Positions 28,236-42,231 of a stretch of 64,000 bases of DNA are shown here, piece by piece. The translations under genes were made by a program, and so were the position numbers. The DNA is taken from assembly GCA_030704615.1 (NCBI GenBank), contig CM060734.1, positions 47,802,001-47,866,000 of the forward strand, given 5' to 3'. Source of the stretch: Takakia lepidozioides. Lineage: Eukaryota > Plantae > Bryophyta. Under the pieces are notes generated by a model. The model was not told where the DNA came from. It worked only from the letters and a program-made list of their open reading frames with translations, and did not search any database. Positions within the stretch are counted from its first letter, which is position 1, and every line of letters starts with the position of its first letter.

Positions 28236-29639
28236 CGCCCTTGTCCTGCTCGGCGAGGCTGCCTTCCTCTTGCCCCCCTCGCACTCCTTTGCACTCTCTC
28301 CGTCCCCCGTGGCACATCCCCCACCGCCCGATCCCCCATCCCACGGACCACAAGCCCCCTTCTCTCGGCGCCTACCAACGCCTCCAGAACGGACGGTGCA
28401 GACCCTCTCTGAGAAAAAGGGCACCCCACCTCACTTTCACCCTGCCCTTTTACTCCCTTTCACTCCCTCCTCACTCTTTTTCACCTTCTTCTCACAACTT
28501 GTCTTGTTATAAAGTGCGAGAAAGAAAGTCTAAGTAAGTATGTTTCATTCACTCTCTTCGTCCTCGGCCAAATGTATCCAGATTTGTCTCCCATAATTTG
28601 GGTTTTGTTAGTAATTTGTGCGACTTGCAAGCTCATTGCGGTTTCATGTGCTTCAATGTAATGTAATGTTGGGGTGCCTTTTCGTCGCAACGCACATGAT
28701 CAGTAGTGTGGAACAGTGTGTGCTCCGGAATGTAAATTGTAAATTGGGTGGATGGTCGACGAGGGAGGGAATGACGCGCTGACCTCTCTCATGTCCGGAC
28801 ATAATAGACATTCTTGTGCTTCTTGTAGCGAGATATTTTTCAGGGACTATGTCCAATGAAATGTGTGGGAACTCGGTGGCCAATCCGGCGTGGGAGGAGG
28901 GAATAAAATAATGATCAGCTGGACCTTTGCGTTCAAAAAGTTGAAAGCAAGCTGGTACTGGATGTGTGACTGAGAATCTGAACGGAATATCCTGAGTATA
29001 TATGTCACGGGCAGGAAATGTGTGTTTCCAAGAGAGGACTGGTAAAGGGAATAAGGGAAGGATGGCCAGGTCTGGAATCTGAAGGTGAAGATCTGACGTT
29101 AGTATGACTTTCTCTTTGAAGCTCCTATGTGAGCTTGTACTAAACCATAAATTAATACTTCTAATTCAGAATTATAAACCAGCTGCAAACCGCCATAGGC
29201 TCTGTCTATGAAGCAACAATTTTAACAAGCTGCCACATGGTTTATACTTGAGAGCTTTATTAGACTAAACATCGTGTAAGGTCCGTTGACCACATTTTCT
29301 CAATACAGCGTTTTTTTTATTGGCGATTTTTTGCCATTTGGCCGCCTAAAAATCCCCTTGGCGAATGAAACAAAGGGAAAAAGACGTCCAAATAAGGCAG
29401 TTTTTGCCAAAAACTAGGGGGTCTCAAGAAAGGTCCTCGGCCGTGGACCCAGGGGGCAGCACAGGTTTAGCCATGGCGGCCCCATGCAGGATGATCTGAC
29501 AGGCCAGATGAGGAGTGGGTTTAGGGCTATGGGGCCTCCTGAGTTTCCATGGAGATGCTCTCTTACCCTACACGCTGGTAAAGCTTTTAGCTTTGAGTCT
29601 ACAGTTGTGATTTTCACATAAGAAAGAGTTCCATTGCCT

Positions 29640-29818
29640 ATTTCAACTAGTGGTAATGGGCACATACCACCTCGGAAGTGGTCCTGGGTTCAATCCACCG
29701 ATTGGTGTCACAAAAGTGTCCATCTTCCTAGCGGAAGGCACTAACCTTTGGGGTGAAGAGACACCATAATTTACGCTTCCACGGGGAGGAGTCAAATATA
29801 TATATATATATATATATA
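29640..29818 (+). mobile_element. Possible second tRNA-derived SINE with (TA)n tail
   Basis: D-arm-like CTAGTGGTAATGG at ~29647, B-box GGTTCAATCC at ~29687-29696, ending in a (TA)n run at ~29797-29818. No TSD identified. Confidence 0.4.
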
Positions 29819-30549
29819 TTGGCTTTCACCTATTTCTGTACTTTAATATGATTATTTTTTTTATTTTTTTTAAAAAGCATTCTGGACTTTGCCTTCTATT
29901 GCTCCTCAACATCCATTTGATTCGCAGAATACCCCAAGAGTGGAAATACATGTAGCCTACCAATTTGAGGAAAATTACCTAGAGTGGACCACTTGCACTA
30001 CCACTTGCACTACCCTACACCCAATAATATATCCACTCGTACCCCTTTTCAAAATCCTTAAAAAAAACACTGCTTCAATATGCTGCAAAGTCTATGCCCT
30101 GCGCTGCGCTGAAGGGACAGAGCCAATAAATAAGACAACAAACTCAACCGGCCGAGTAATCGATATGATTAACCCACTCTATGTATGCATTGCATTATCC
30201 ATAAGCTTTGTCTTTATTATAGTGGTCAACCTTTGCATGTACTATTTTATTTTATTTTTTTAAAAGGGATGAAGCCCCTATAATTTATTATAATCAACTT
30301 TGCATGTACAAGTATAATAAATGCATGTAATTCATGCAAGCCCTGCTCTCTTGTAATTATGAATAGATAGTAAAAATTTGGAAGATCACACAGTATTTAT
30401 TAATAAATATCGCCGTAACAGGATTTGAGCCCTGAATCACCCGGGTGGCACGAAGGATAATATCCTCATAAGCATGCACAAGAAGTTGAACTCTAGACCT
30501 AAAGACCATGAAACTGTTCATCAAGGGGATGTCATTCATTAGAAATATG

Positions 30550-31000
30550 AACAGAATATTCGAACAAACGCGATCGACAAGGGGGACTGCCCGTGGGGTA
30601 TCGCTCCATGTAAGGGAGGGGGAATCGACGGTGGGGGGAGCGCCAATCCAATTGTGGGATCGAGCAATGGTGAGGGGGCATGGAGGGGGGATCGCTACAT
30701 GCAAGGGGGGGGGGGGATTGATAGCGGGGGAGGGGGGCGGAGGTGCGGGGGGATCGCGCCGTTCAAAGGACGGGGGATCGACGGTGAGGGGAAGCATCAC
30801 ATGGTGGAGATCGGCGTGGTGAGGCGGGCGTGGAGGGGAGATCGAGGGGGAGGGGGCTGGGCCACGTGGCAATAGTGGACGGGCGGGCAGAGGTGGAGGA
30901 CCACGGGTGAGGGGCATGGGCGGGCAGGAGGGGCGGGTGGAGGAGCATTGGACGTGGGGCGCTCCGGGCCCCCTCCGATGAGGCAGGGGGCATTCCCGGC
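30550..31000 (+). repeat. G-rich degenerate repeat block (GGGGGATCG-like units)
   Basis: Recurrent gggg(g)atcg motifs and long G runs. The proline-rich minus-strand ORFs here are low-complexity artefacts. Confidence 0.6.
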
Positions 31001-32463
31001 TGTACCTCGCGGGCCGTACCTGTCACAAGCGTGCGCCACATAGATATTGGGACCGCTCATCTTGCCGCATTTGCTAATTTTATTGGCCGGCCCCAGTGCC
31101 TTTCTAAGGCAAAACTACGCAAAGGGTTTTGATGCTTAGCACCGATACTTATGATTAAGTTCCGAATTAGATCGAGACAGGTGTAATGGAAATATTCTGT
31201 CTGTATTTGTAATGAATGAAATTCCCTAGATGAATAGTTTCATGCATGTGTGACAGGTTGACATGCTGAGTAGGTAGAATCTCATGCAGCTCGTCAAGTG
31301 GCCACAGAGGGAAAATCTCCTGAGCGTTTCAAACAAAAATAAATAAATAAATAACTTCCAGAATGATTTAGGAGGAGTGTCGAGGGCTATATCTCGGCTG
31401 TAATGTGTTGTATCTTGTTCACCCAATTTTACTAGTTTAATTCTGTATTGGAAAGCAGCTACTCCCTCGTTGTATTCTCTTCTCTATCTGTGCTTCTGGC
31501 AGGCAAACAACGCGCGTTCTGGATGCTTACCATATTCTCAGATCACATATCTATCTCCCGCTAGTTACCAGATGCTTTTATATAGTGCGTAGTAATGACT
31601 AGGACTTTCCATTGTAAATTGTAATGTACAAGCTTTCCTGCAATTTTCAAGTACGTTTGATCCATAGCATGTCAGCAACAATCATCAATGAATGGACTAG
31701 TGAACGATCTCAATTCAGGAGCTACCAGAGGAGTGTGTTGAGACTATTTCAAGGCTTAAATCAAGACTTGTATGACGCGTTGATCGAGTCCCTTCAAACA
31801 AGCAACTTTCTACTGTTTATTCATTTTCAACTATGTTGAAAAAGATCACATAAGTGGCTGCGAAAAAATTTGGTTTTATACTTCATTAGAATGTGTGCTA
31901 ATTGGTAAAGTATTTTAATACTACTTCTTATGACATTGTTTCTTGTTGAGCCTGGACGATGCCATACCTTTGTGACAATAGTCATCTTATTGATACATCA
32001 TGCACGTTACTTTGATATTGCTTGCCACAGCAACGGTTCGACAAAGAGGTCAATTGTCAATAGCAACTATTTTTACCTACTGCCCAGCAGGAACGAAAAC
32101 ATATGCAACTTGATTGTTTAATGAGCAGCAAGCTGAATTACTGAGATGTCTGCATAGGAAACTACCCGAAAGCAAATGTGAGGCATCAAAATAACTATTA
32201 AGCAATGACATCATGTTTAGGTAGTCATGGTTGGGTTACATACTTTTAACTTTTACTCCAATTTTACATGAATTTTTTAACATGGGGCATTTAACTTGTC
32301 TCGGAGCTTTAAAATGTTCAAGGATAGTAACTATGCCAAATCTTTTGTTCTCTGAAACTTTTTAGGTCTTCCTTAAAATTGTCATGGTTTTAGTCATGGT
32401 TAACTAGAATTACCTACTTCTAGTTAACTAGGATATTTTAGATATTTATATTTATATTTTGTG

Positions 32464-35200
32464 TGTTGGGACTTCATTTGGTCTCACATGGGGATGGGTT
32501 TTCCCCTTTGAGGGTTGAGGAGGCTCATCTTCTTGTAGTTGAGCCTCCATGAGCCTCTCCCACCTCCATAGCTCTAAGTATTGAGAGGGAGTGTGGTGAG
32601 GGCTTTGTAGGGTGGATTATTTTAGCAAAGGTGCCCTTGGCTTGACTTAGTTTATGTGATTGAGTGGATTCATGAGTGGAGTGTTTCCATTGTGTATTTA
32701 CTTCCACTATCACTACAAGAAGATCTCTTTATGCTTGTGAGTGCGGAGTGTAAAGGTTAGTTTAGCACTTGTGTGTTGGAGAGAGCTTGGTAGAGAGCTC
32801 TTGTGTTGCAAGGTGTTGCAGGTGTTGCAAAGGAAAATCCTTGTGGCGTGGAGAAGGTAGACACTGGGGTTTCAAGAGCAAGCTCTAGTTGTTCATGGTG
32901 TGAAAAGAGAAGCCAAAGAGCGGCACATGCTTGGGTTAGAAACACCATAGAAGGAGTACAATAAGGGTAGCTTGAGGAGCATTGAGTAGCTCAAGAGAAG
33001 CTAAGAAGTGGTTGTTCTATCCATGGTGAAATGAAGCCAAGTGGGTTTCATTTGGTTGACAAACAAGCTTGCAAGCGAAGGCGGCGCTAAAAGGGAGTGC
33101 TTTTGCTAGTTCTATGAGTTCTTGGATTGCTCTTAGTGAAGCAAGTGGTTGACCAAGCAAGTGGCGCATGTGTGAAGCATGCTTTCCAAGTGTGGCTTTC
33201 AATTCAAGCTTGAGGAGAACTAGAAGGTGAAGTGAGCAAGTTCATTCCTTGAGTATGGGGTGGTGCATGTTGTGGAAGAAAAGCCAAGGAGCTACATAGG
33301 CTAGGGCTTGAAGACATTTGGAGAGCATCAAGAAGCTCAAGATGACTCCGAAGGGAAGCATGTGGGTGAGAATTCTATCCATGATGATGTGAAACCAAGC
33401 CTAGAGCATTGAAGAGCTTAGAGCACATGTGGGAGATCATTGGAGGTGGTCTTCATGAAGAAAAGAGATTGTGACTCAAGGCATGCAATATAGCAACTTC
33501 AACCATACATTAGCATGTGACAAGACAAGGAAGGGGAAGGTGAAGCTCATGTATTCATTCCCTTTTTGCTTAAGTTTTGTGGTGGATGGTTGATCAAGCA
33601 AGTGATGCTTATGTGGAGCATGATCTTGACTTCAAATTTGAGAAGATGAGCCCTTGAATAGAGGTATGGTGAATGAAGACAACACCTAGGTCAAGAGGTG
33701 GAAGTGTGTGCGACTAGCCCATGCAAGGGAAAGCACATGGAGATGGCATACAAAATTCAAATTGAAGCAAGGCTTGGCGTTTGTCATTTGGCACATTAGC
33801 TTGCTATGAGTTCCAAGGAGATCAAGAGGAACTTGTCAATTTGGGATGAATGCATTGCAAGGTAAGATAATGCAATCTTGCATGCATGCTAGGGGGGAAG
33901 ATACCATGAAGAAGGTGTTTCTTACCATACTCTACAAACCCTAGTCTCCATACACTTCAAGAAACTGAGTATGGGCTCCCTGTGCCCAACATACACTTTT
34001 GTGAACAGAGTACGGGCCCCCTCTGCTCAACATACACTTTTGTGAACAGTGTATGGGCCCCCTCTGCCCAACTTACATTTTTTTGAGCAGTGTATGGGCT
34101 CCCTCTGCCCCACCATACACTTTTTTGAACAGTGTATGGATACAAGTGGAGAGAGTTTTCCTACCATACGTTTTCATTAAAAGTGTATGACATCTAGGGT
34201 GTATCTGGAGGAGTATTGCCTTTGGAGGATCTTTGGGGAGGTCCTTTGAGGAGCTTTTGTACGACAATTGAAGAGCTCTTGAAGGGGTGTTTGGAGGACT
34301 GTTTGGAGGACTATTGGGGGTCCTTGAAGACCAATATTTGGCAAACATTTGGAGCCTTTGGAGGGCTATTTGGAGGACTATTTGGGGTCCTTGGAGGCCA
34401 ATATTTGGCGAGCTTAAGGAGTCTTTGGCGACTTGTTTGAAGGACTATTTGGGATCCTTGAGGGCCAAGATTTGTCAGGCTCTTGGGGCCTTGGTGGACT
34501 ATTTTGAATCCAATTGTATAGGCTTTGGGGGCCTTAGTGAGATTGTTTGAGAGACATCTTGAGGGCTCTTGGAGAGTTATTTGAGAGATCTTGGAAGGCA
34601 GTCCTGTCTGTTGGTCATGAGCAAGAGCATTTAGAGATAGGGGGAGACTAGTGGGATGAGAGCATTCTGGGATTAGGAATTGCTTTAGTCTCTCTTCCCC
34701 GTAGTCTTCCACCCTCTCTGTAGGCCAAAACCTTTTCATAGGTGGAGGCAAGAGTCAGTCCAGGTGTGGGCTGGGGTGTCTTGCAGGAGCGACACTGTGG
34801 ACTGTTTGTTGGTGTGGGGGAGTTACTGTCTTGATTTTCTTGTGTTTGGATCCCCCCCACACCTGCATGCTTGACTGTGCGCCATGTCAGTTTTGTGTGG
34901 GCGCTTGTTTTCATAGGAGGTTGGTCCGGATTTGATCACTGGCCAATCCTAGAGCGTGCTGTCGGTGGTGAGGCTGGGGTGATGACCAGTCAGACCATCA
35001 TTGTTTCTCTTATGGTGAGGCTGGGTTCATGACCAGCAGACCATAGGAGTACTTGCGGTGGATGCAACCTTGCAGGTGCAGGTTTATGTTACGAACCTAG
35101 TACTAGTCTAAGCCATAGGCCGCAACAAGTTCTCTACCTGGTTACTTTGTGGAGAAGGGGATTAGAGACATGTTTACAACAGGTGTGGTTGTGAGTTTTC
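32464..35200 (+). mobile_element. LTR-like/5' non-coding region upstream of DNMT-Gypsy copy 1
   Basis: Begins TGTTGGG at 32464 with an abrupt composition change. Contains a PPT-like CTAGGGGGG at ~33889, tandem repeats, a duplicated TGGTGAGGCTGGG...GACCA motif (~34965 and ~35012) and a CAACA at ~35128. LTR boundaries are not confirmed. Confidence 0.4.
33949..34139 (+). repeat. Tandem repeat, ~41-bp unit, ~4.5 copies, palindromic
   Basis: Unit CATACACTTTTGTGAACAGTGTATGGGC(T/C)CCCTCTGCCCAA. CATACACT/AGTGTATG and TGGGC/GCCCA are inverted pairs. Confidence 0.85.
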
Positions 35201-35209
35201 ATCACGGAG

Positions 35210-38200
35210 GTGCCACCAATTGTTGAGGGGAGTGCCGGTGCGAGCACCAGCGATACTAGTGGGTACACAAGACGAGGTGTGCGGTTTAGGCCACCTTCAC
35301 CTTCAGTATCTTCTGAAGAAGGTTCAGACTCGGAGTCGGGAGGATTCTCGCCGAGGGTGCAAGCCGTTTCCGTACCATTGTTGTGGGACACGATGGAGGA
35401 GATGTATGGAGCTACCAAGGGGTCACGTAGGTACTCTGGAGCTGTGGGCACCATTGAGCTTGATGACTTCATACGGGAGTTTGATAGTTGGTGTGATTTG
35501 CAGCAAATGCGCAATCCACAGTGTTTACGCATTTTATGGCGTGGAAGGGGCTATTCCAGCACCTTGAAGGGCCGCCCATGGATGAGTACCATGAATTTAG
35601 GCAGGGAAATGAGGTGAAGATTGAGGAGTGGCGACAATATTGGTCACTTGACCCATCACTAGAGGCACAGCAGCAAGATCCACGGCAACAACGGCAGCAG
35701 CTACACCAGCGGCTTCTACAAGCAGCAGCGGAACAAGTGAGTCAGGATCAGCTGAGACATCCATTGCAGTTCCTGCCATTGCACCAACACATGTACCTGC
35801 CTTCAACCCAATTGTGGAGTTCTTCCAAGAAATGAGAATGAACTATCAGGGGGTGAGAACAGAGAAGTTGCGGAGCTTGCAAGAGTTCCAACGAAAGCCT
35901 ACTGAGAGTTTGAGGGAGGCTTACACTCGCATGAGGCGCTTGATAAATGTAACCCAAGAGGTTACGAAAGCTCAAACAGTTCAATTCTGGTATGGCATAT
36001 TGGACAAGGAGCTTAGGAGAACGGTGCGGGATGCAACTCTCCTACAAGTGGCCCAACCCACCCTAGCAAATGTGTTTTTGCTAGACGAGCGGATAGAGCT
36101 CAACATGGTGGAGGAGCGGGTGGTTATGGTGGGGTTTGGCAAGGAGACACAACGAAGTGGGGCTCCTAGCCAACAACCTCCCCAACGTGCTTAAGGCAAC
36201 AAGGGGGTGCAGATGAAGCCTAGGGAAGGTCATAAGAGAGGATCTCAGATGCAAATGTCTCTTCCTTCATTCCCAGGCCAGCAACAGACGAATGTGTCAT
36301 GTTGGGATTGTGGAGGACCTCATGTCAAGAAAGATTGCCCGGAGAGAGGCAAAGGGCCGACACATGCACAACCTACACAATTACAGTGTGGGCATTGTGG
36401 CAAGTACGGGCATGAGGAGGCCCATTGCTATGACTTGCATCCTGAGCTACGTCCAGGCCAGTTCCAAGGGAACAATGGTGGCCGAGGACGAGGCAATGTA
36501 GTCCAGAGAGGTAGAGGAGGCAGATGTCGTGGTAGAGGTCGTAACCAACATCAAGGAGCACAGGGTCAAGGTCAAGGTCATGACCAAGGTATGGTGGATA
36601 GACTTGCCCAGCTAGAGCAACGTCTTGCTGCCATGGCCACTACTCATGTTGCGCCAGCTCCAAGGCCTGAGGTTCAAGCTCCACCTGCACAATGCCTAGG
36701 GAAGACCAAATTGGTATGGGCTTTATGTGTGGAGCCGCACTTGCAGGGTCGTTGCATGTACTAGACTCTGCTGCTGCTGTCACTCGAGCAGCAACGCGTG
36801 CTTATGAGCCAAGATGAGTGGATGTGGATTTTGATCCACGAAGGGGGGAAGCAAGTCATCAGACAAGGCTTCCACAGTCCTTTACAATGGCTGAGATAGT
36901 GCTACCTACGTCATCAATGGCACCCGCTCGCCCAAGTGTGTCAGAGGTAGAACCACGAGTGTCATTGGGGAGAGTTGGTGTGGCTCAGGAAATGCCAATG
37001 GGTGGTGCTGCAAAGCAAGGTGCAGCCAGTATATTGTTGGGGGCGGCTACGGCGGCTTGCCAAGCTCCATTGTTTTCTGCAATGACCATTACAATGCCGG
37101 GGATTCGGCCAGTTGCTGTGTTTAGACTAGCAGCTAGACTCTGTGATAGTAGTGGTGATACATCGGTACTATCTGCAGGGATAGCAGATAAGGTATAGTC
37201 TATGGATGCCTTAGATTCGAGGGTGAAGTCAACCACAGTTGCGCCATGGCAAGCGGCAGTTGCACGGTTGCAAGAGTTGCCAGCTAGGCCAGCCATTGAG
37301 CGCAGCATGGTGACTCCTGGGGTAGTCCTGGTGGACAATCGGGATGAAGTGTTTCAGTTGGGTGGCCCAATCGGGAGGAGGTATAGGCCACTGCGAGTCT
37401 TGTTGGATTCGGGAGCTCAACCATTGATGTTAGGGAGAGCGGCAATTGCAGGCTTGGGCCCGGATTTGGAGCCTTGCCCTTTCCAGATTCAGACGTCTTT
37501 AGGTGGTTCAGAGAAGGCGCGAGGGATCACATGCCATGAGCTCTTCATTCGACTACAGCCAGATCATCCTACGGATGGCTAAATCATGAGAGCCAAAGCC
37601 ATTGTTACGGACGTGATGTCATACAATGTGCTTGTTGGTGGGGCGGTGTTGTACCCCATGGGATTTACTTTGGACTTTTGGGAGGAAACGGGATCCTACA
37701 GGCCAGAATGGCAGTCAGGGGATGGGCGATGTACACTGCTCCTAGTGCGATTTATTGGGAATGTAGCGGTGGATCATAGGAGCATGATGCCCACATTGGC
37801 TGCATTCTCAGAGGTACAGTGGTGGCTTGGGGTGGTGAGCTCTTGGAGGGCAATAGCCATGCAGATGATAGGCCACCACCTGATGCGGACCAACAATTGG
37901 CATATAAGGCTGAGCTGCTTCCTCATGTGCTTGTGCATAGCTCACTGTGGGGTACAGTTGGGAATTTGCATCGAGTAGTAGGCGAGTGTGTGCAACAAGC
38001 ATGGCAAGAGGCCTTTCCATTGGTGGGTGAGGGGAATTCAATGACATCACTTGGACCTCCTCAGTTAGCTCCATTGGACACAGTGCCCATTACTTGGCAA
38101 CCACCTGACTCAGGGATTTGTTTGCTAGACCTGTTTGGAGGCATGATCACTGGGCTTGTAGGAGTGTTGCAAGCTGGGATTAAAGTACGCAAGTACTTGT

Positions 38201-40980
38201 ATGTGGAGAAGGATGAGATAGCTCGGCGTATTTCTATGCGCCACGTTGCCTTGCTCACATACCATTATCCTGAGTTGCTGCCTCTCTCGGTGATTCAAGG
38301 GTACCAAAAGGCCTTGCCATCAGACATTACCTTGCTGGGGGCAGATGATTTGGGCCGGCATGGTGCAATTGACTTGGTGATAGCTGGATGGCCTTGCCAA
38401 GGATACTCGATCCCGCAAGTCATGGGAATGGCTTGCATGATGCAAGGTCTCATTTGTTTTGGGAGATGTTACGAGTGTTGTGTGACTTGCAGGTGAGGCA
38501 AGTGCAACCTACAGCTTACATCCTGGAGAAGGTTCCTCTCATGGGGGATTCTCGGGCTAGGGTTATGGCTAGTGTGCATCAGGTGCGGTCTTGGATTGGA
38601 CCAACTGTATTATTGGATGCAGCTGCAGTGGGTTCACAGGCACATAGGCCTAGGTTGTGGTGGAGCAATCTTGCACCACCAGAGTTGCTCAAGAGAGCCT
38701 AAGATTCCATTCAACGGCCACCCAACCTCACAATTGAGGGCATTTTGGACCAAGGGAGGCAACCACAGAGAGTGCGACATGATGATCATCCACCTTTGGC
38801 GGTGGTCAATCGAGTGGGGCAACCACGTGCGGCCTTAATGCCTACACTCATGAGTTTTCCCTCGTCTCATGCTTTTTGAGACAATGGTCCAGGGTTGATT
38901 TGGGACAATGCGCTACAGCAATTGGTGGAGCCTAGTGCGGATGAGCGAGAACGGGCAATGGGGTTTGCCACGGGCACTACAGCTGTGTCAGCTTTGTCAG
39001 AGGCATCACGACGCCAGGTGTTGGGTTAGGCAATGGATCTCACTTCCATTGGATATTGCACCCTCTCTGCCCACTAAGACGGTGGAGGCAGTGAGTGGGG
39101 GCGAGCACAGGCCGATCGTGGGATGCAATCACCCATGGCAGATGTGGGATGAGATGCGCAAAGAGATAATCATTGGATCTCTCAAGCAGCAGTATGAGGA
39201 GTGGGGAGAGCCATACACTGAGGATTAGTTGGAGGCCAAGGTGGCTAAGGTTTTTGAAGAGGTTGAGAATATTTCTTGCTCAGAGGATGTTCTCAAGGTG
39301 GCTATGGCAGAGCAAGTGGAGGCTATGCCACAGTCAGGGTGGGCGGATAAGGCCCAAGAGGTTGTTATCTAGCAACCAAAGGATACGTTTCCTACCTCCA
39401 AGCCTGGTGTACCCAAGGTTGTAGTCACTGAGGATAATTGGGAACCAGATGTCAGACCTACAGTCACCGAATGAGAGAGACGGAAGATCCAACGATATCT
39501 AAGGGCTTATAGAAATTTCTTTGCCTTCAGTTTGAAGGGCCAGGAGATTCGTATTGATTTGGCAAGTGACACGCCAATTTTTTGAAGGCCCTACAGGTAT
39601 AGTGACATGAAGAGGTCTTTGATCCACTCGCGGACTATGGAGTTATTCGAAGCTGGATTGGTGGAGTTGTCAGGCGGGGAGTATGCCTCGGCAATGGTGA
39701 TGTCAGCTAAGAAAAATATCTATGGCAATTGGATAGAAAGGAGGATGTGTGGGGACTACCGTCTTGTGAACCGTCAGACTAAGTCCGATAGATATGCCAT
39801 GCCAACTCCAGAGGAGATATTTGATGCCATTGGGCATGCAAAGGTGTTTAGCACATTGGACTTGCGATCCGATTACCACCAGTTGTCAATCAAAGAGGCT
39901 GACAAGCAAAAGACGGCATTCTGGGGGATTGACCAACATGGGAAGGATTGTTTACACCAATGGCGGTCCCTACCGTTTGGATTGAAAAAAAAATTAATGC
40001 TCCTACAGAGTTTCAGAGGGTCATGGATAAGATTCTTGTGGGGCTAGACTTCGTCCGGTGCTACATTGATGATATCATCATCTTTAGTGCCACGGTTGAG
40101 GAGCATGAGAGACACCTTCAGGTGGTGTTTGAGCGCTTGAGAGCGCATAGGTTGAAATTGTACTCTGGGAAATGCAAGTTCTTCCATAGCCAGATTGAGT
40201 ATCTGGGCCACATGATATACCCTGGAGGATTGGGTGTTCAAAAGACGAAGGTGGAGGCCATTGCACGCATTCCACGCCCCATAGATGTTAGCAGAGTTCG
40301 TGCTTTCATGGGATTGGCAAACTACTATCGACAATTTGTCAAGGGATTTAGCAACATTGCAAAGGCTCTTACCAAGTTGACCAAGGTGGATCAGGAGTGA
40401 CAGTGGGAGGAGGAGCAGGAAGAAGCCTTTGAGGAACTCAAAGCTCGATTGACTTCTGCACCTATTTTGAGGCGGCATTTCCAGCTACATACGGATTGGA
40501 GTATGCTGGGGATTGGAGCAGTGCTCACACATGTGGATGATAAGGGAAGAGAGTTTGTAGTGGCATATGCTAGCCGCTCGAACAATGATGCTGAGGCAAA
40601 GTATAGTTCCTATAAAAGAGAGTGTCTAGCTGCAGTATGGGCAATGGCACATTTTAGATGCTACCTCTATGGCAATCTCTTCACCGTTGTCACAGATCAC
40701 CAACCATTGAAGTGGTTGATGGAGTCGGACAAGCTTACAGGGAAGCTTGCACGGTGAGAACTTATGCTTCAAGAGTACGACTTCCAGGTGGTGCATCGAG
40801 TCGGTATAGTCAATCGGGATGCAGATGGGTTGAGTCGTAATCCATGCACGAGCGAACATGATGATACTGGAGCTTGGTGGCATGGTGAGACGGATGAGGA
40901 GATGGTGCCATGATGACATGTATCTGCCTTTTTGTGCATTCTAGCAATGGGAGCTCAAGCTGGTCCATCCCATGTGATTG
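35210..40980 (+). mobile_element. Ty3/Gypsy retrotransposon copy 1 (gag-PR-DNMT-RT-RNaseH), decayed and 3'-truncated
   Basis: Gag (ESLREAYTRMRRL); Zn knuckles CWDCGGPHVKKDC and CGHCGKYGHEEAHC; protease VLLDSGAQ; C5-MTase motifs; RT RMCGDYR...FSTLDLRS...YIDDIIIFS; RNaseH LHTDWS...ECLAAVWA...TDHQPL. Many stops and frameshifts; ends before integrase. Confidence 0.93.
38110..39060 (+). pseudogene. C5-cytosine DNA methyltransferase domain (DNMT3-like) in Gypsy copy 1
   Basis: Motif I LLDLFGG, II YVEKD, IV AGWPCQG, VI ILEKVP (ENV mutated), VIII AHRPRLWW, X RRQVLG*AM. Frameshift just after the PCQ motif. Confidence 0.9.
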
Positions 40981-41576
40981 GTAAAGCCTTATTTTGTGCC
41001 AGGATGTGATTCTCTTTTTATCTAAAGCACGATCAGATTAGGGATGTGCAACTTCAAGAAGCAACGTGCTGTGCTCAAGCAAAAATAGTAGAGGAATGGC
41101 CAGAGGCCTGACGAATGCACAAACAACCCACATCCACGGCTTTGTCACGCAATCTGTACAGTAGGTTGAGCATACATGGTCAGCAAGACCGAAATACTCT
41201 CAAGCCGGGGTTGGGATAAGGCCCCAGCTGGCAACCTGCCATAAACTAGGTGGATTTCTATGTATCCTGGCCGTAGAGCCATCAAGGGCCAAGATTAAAC
41301 CAACCTGCCCTAGGGTTTAGCTGTACATGGTATAAGTCAAAGGTGTATAACGGCTTTCCGTCGGCTTATACTAAAGGCAGTGGATGAGCCTGACAAGTCA
41401 TAATGAAAAAGATGAATGTGGGGCCAAGAGATTATGGGGCATCACAAGCTTAAAGTTGTGGCTCCGTTGGGGTCTAATGTTGGACAAATCTCACACAAGA
41501 TATTGCTGATTATTAGATAATTTGACATTCTAAAAGAAATGTGAAAAGCTCGAACAGATTGTTTATATTATGTTAA

Positions 41577-42231
41577 CCCCTAAACACCCGCCGGCCCAAA
41601 ACGGGCCATTTTCTGGGCTCAAACAGGTCTGCCAGTCGCAGATTTTGGCCGATTTTGGTTTTTTTTGTTGGGTGCACTGCGTGTCGACGGCAGGATGGTC
41701 CATGCGAGAGCGATTGCCCAGATCAGGATGGACCAGGATGGACGGCCAAAATCTAGGGCTTTTTGGGGGGGGATTCTGCTTGCGGCTGCTCCCGCCTCTT
41801 TGTCTTTCTGTGCATAGCTCACAAAAGAGTATTTCATACCCCCTGCACTTTGACCAAGTCCCTGCTCCTGCCATGGGGTCCAATTCTGGTGATTTTGGGC
41901 TTGTTGGAACAAAGGGGACGTGGGGAACACCTTTTGGGGTACAGCAGGCCGAGACAATGCCATCCCAACATGCAAAATCTTGCAAATCTCCATTTTTTTA
42001 TTTTGTTTTTACAAAAATTTCCAAAAATGGGCCCCACTCACAACGGTGGGGTCTTCGTAGCATTTGTCTGATTGGCTCGAAATTTGGGTAGGACCTGCCA
42101 GGGGTAGGTGGCAACATATTGTCCGGTTGTTTTTTGCAGATGCATTTTTTCCAAAAAATTACGCTCATTTCTTTGGCCAGGGGTCAATTTTTTGAAGGAA
42201 AAGTCAACGGAGGCCTGCGGGCGTTTAGGGG
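41577..42231. mobile_element. piggyBac-like non-autonomous element (MITE), 655 bp
   Basis: TTAA (41573-41576) + CCCCTAAACACCCGC ... GCGGGCGTTTAGGGG + TTAA (42232-42235). TIRs match 14/15 and start with CCC; no transposase inside. Confidence 0.85.

Noticed and set aside
30357-31060. Proline-rich (extensin-like) ORFs
   Set aside because: They are by-products of a G-rich repeat, open in several frames with no gene structure.
33949-34139. Palindromic repeats resembling a CRISPR array
   Set aside because: Units are contiguous with no unique spacers, there are no cas genes, and the context is eukaryotic.
35120-35145. LTR end and primer-binding site for Gypsy copy 1
   Set aside because: The CAACA is not followed by a TGG-initiated tRNA complement, and no second LTR is available to confirm the boundary.
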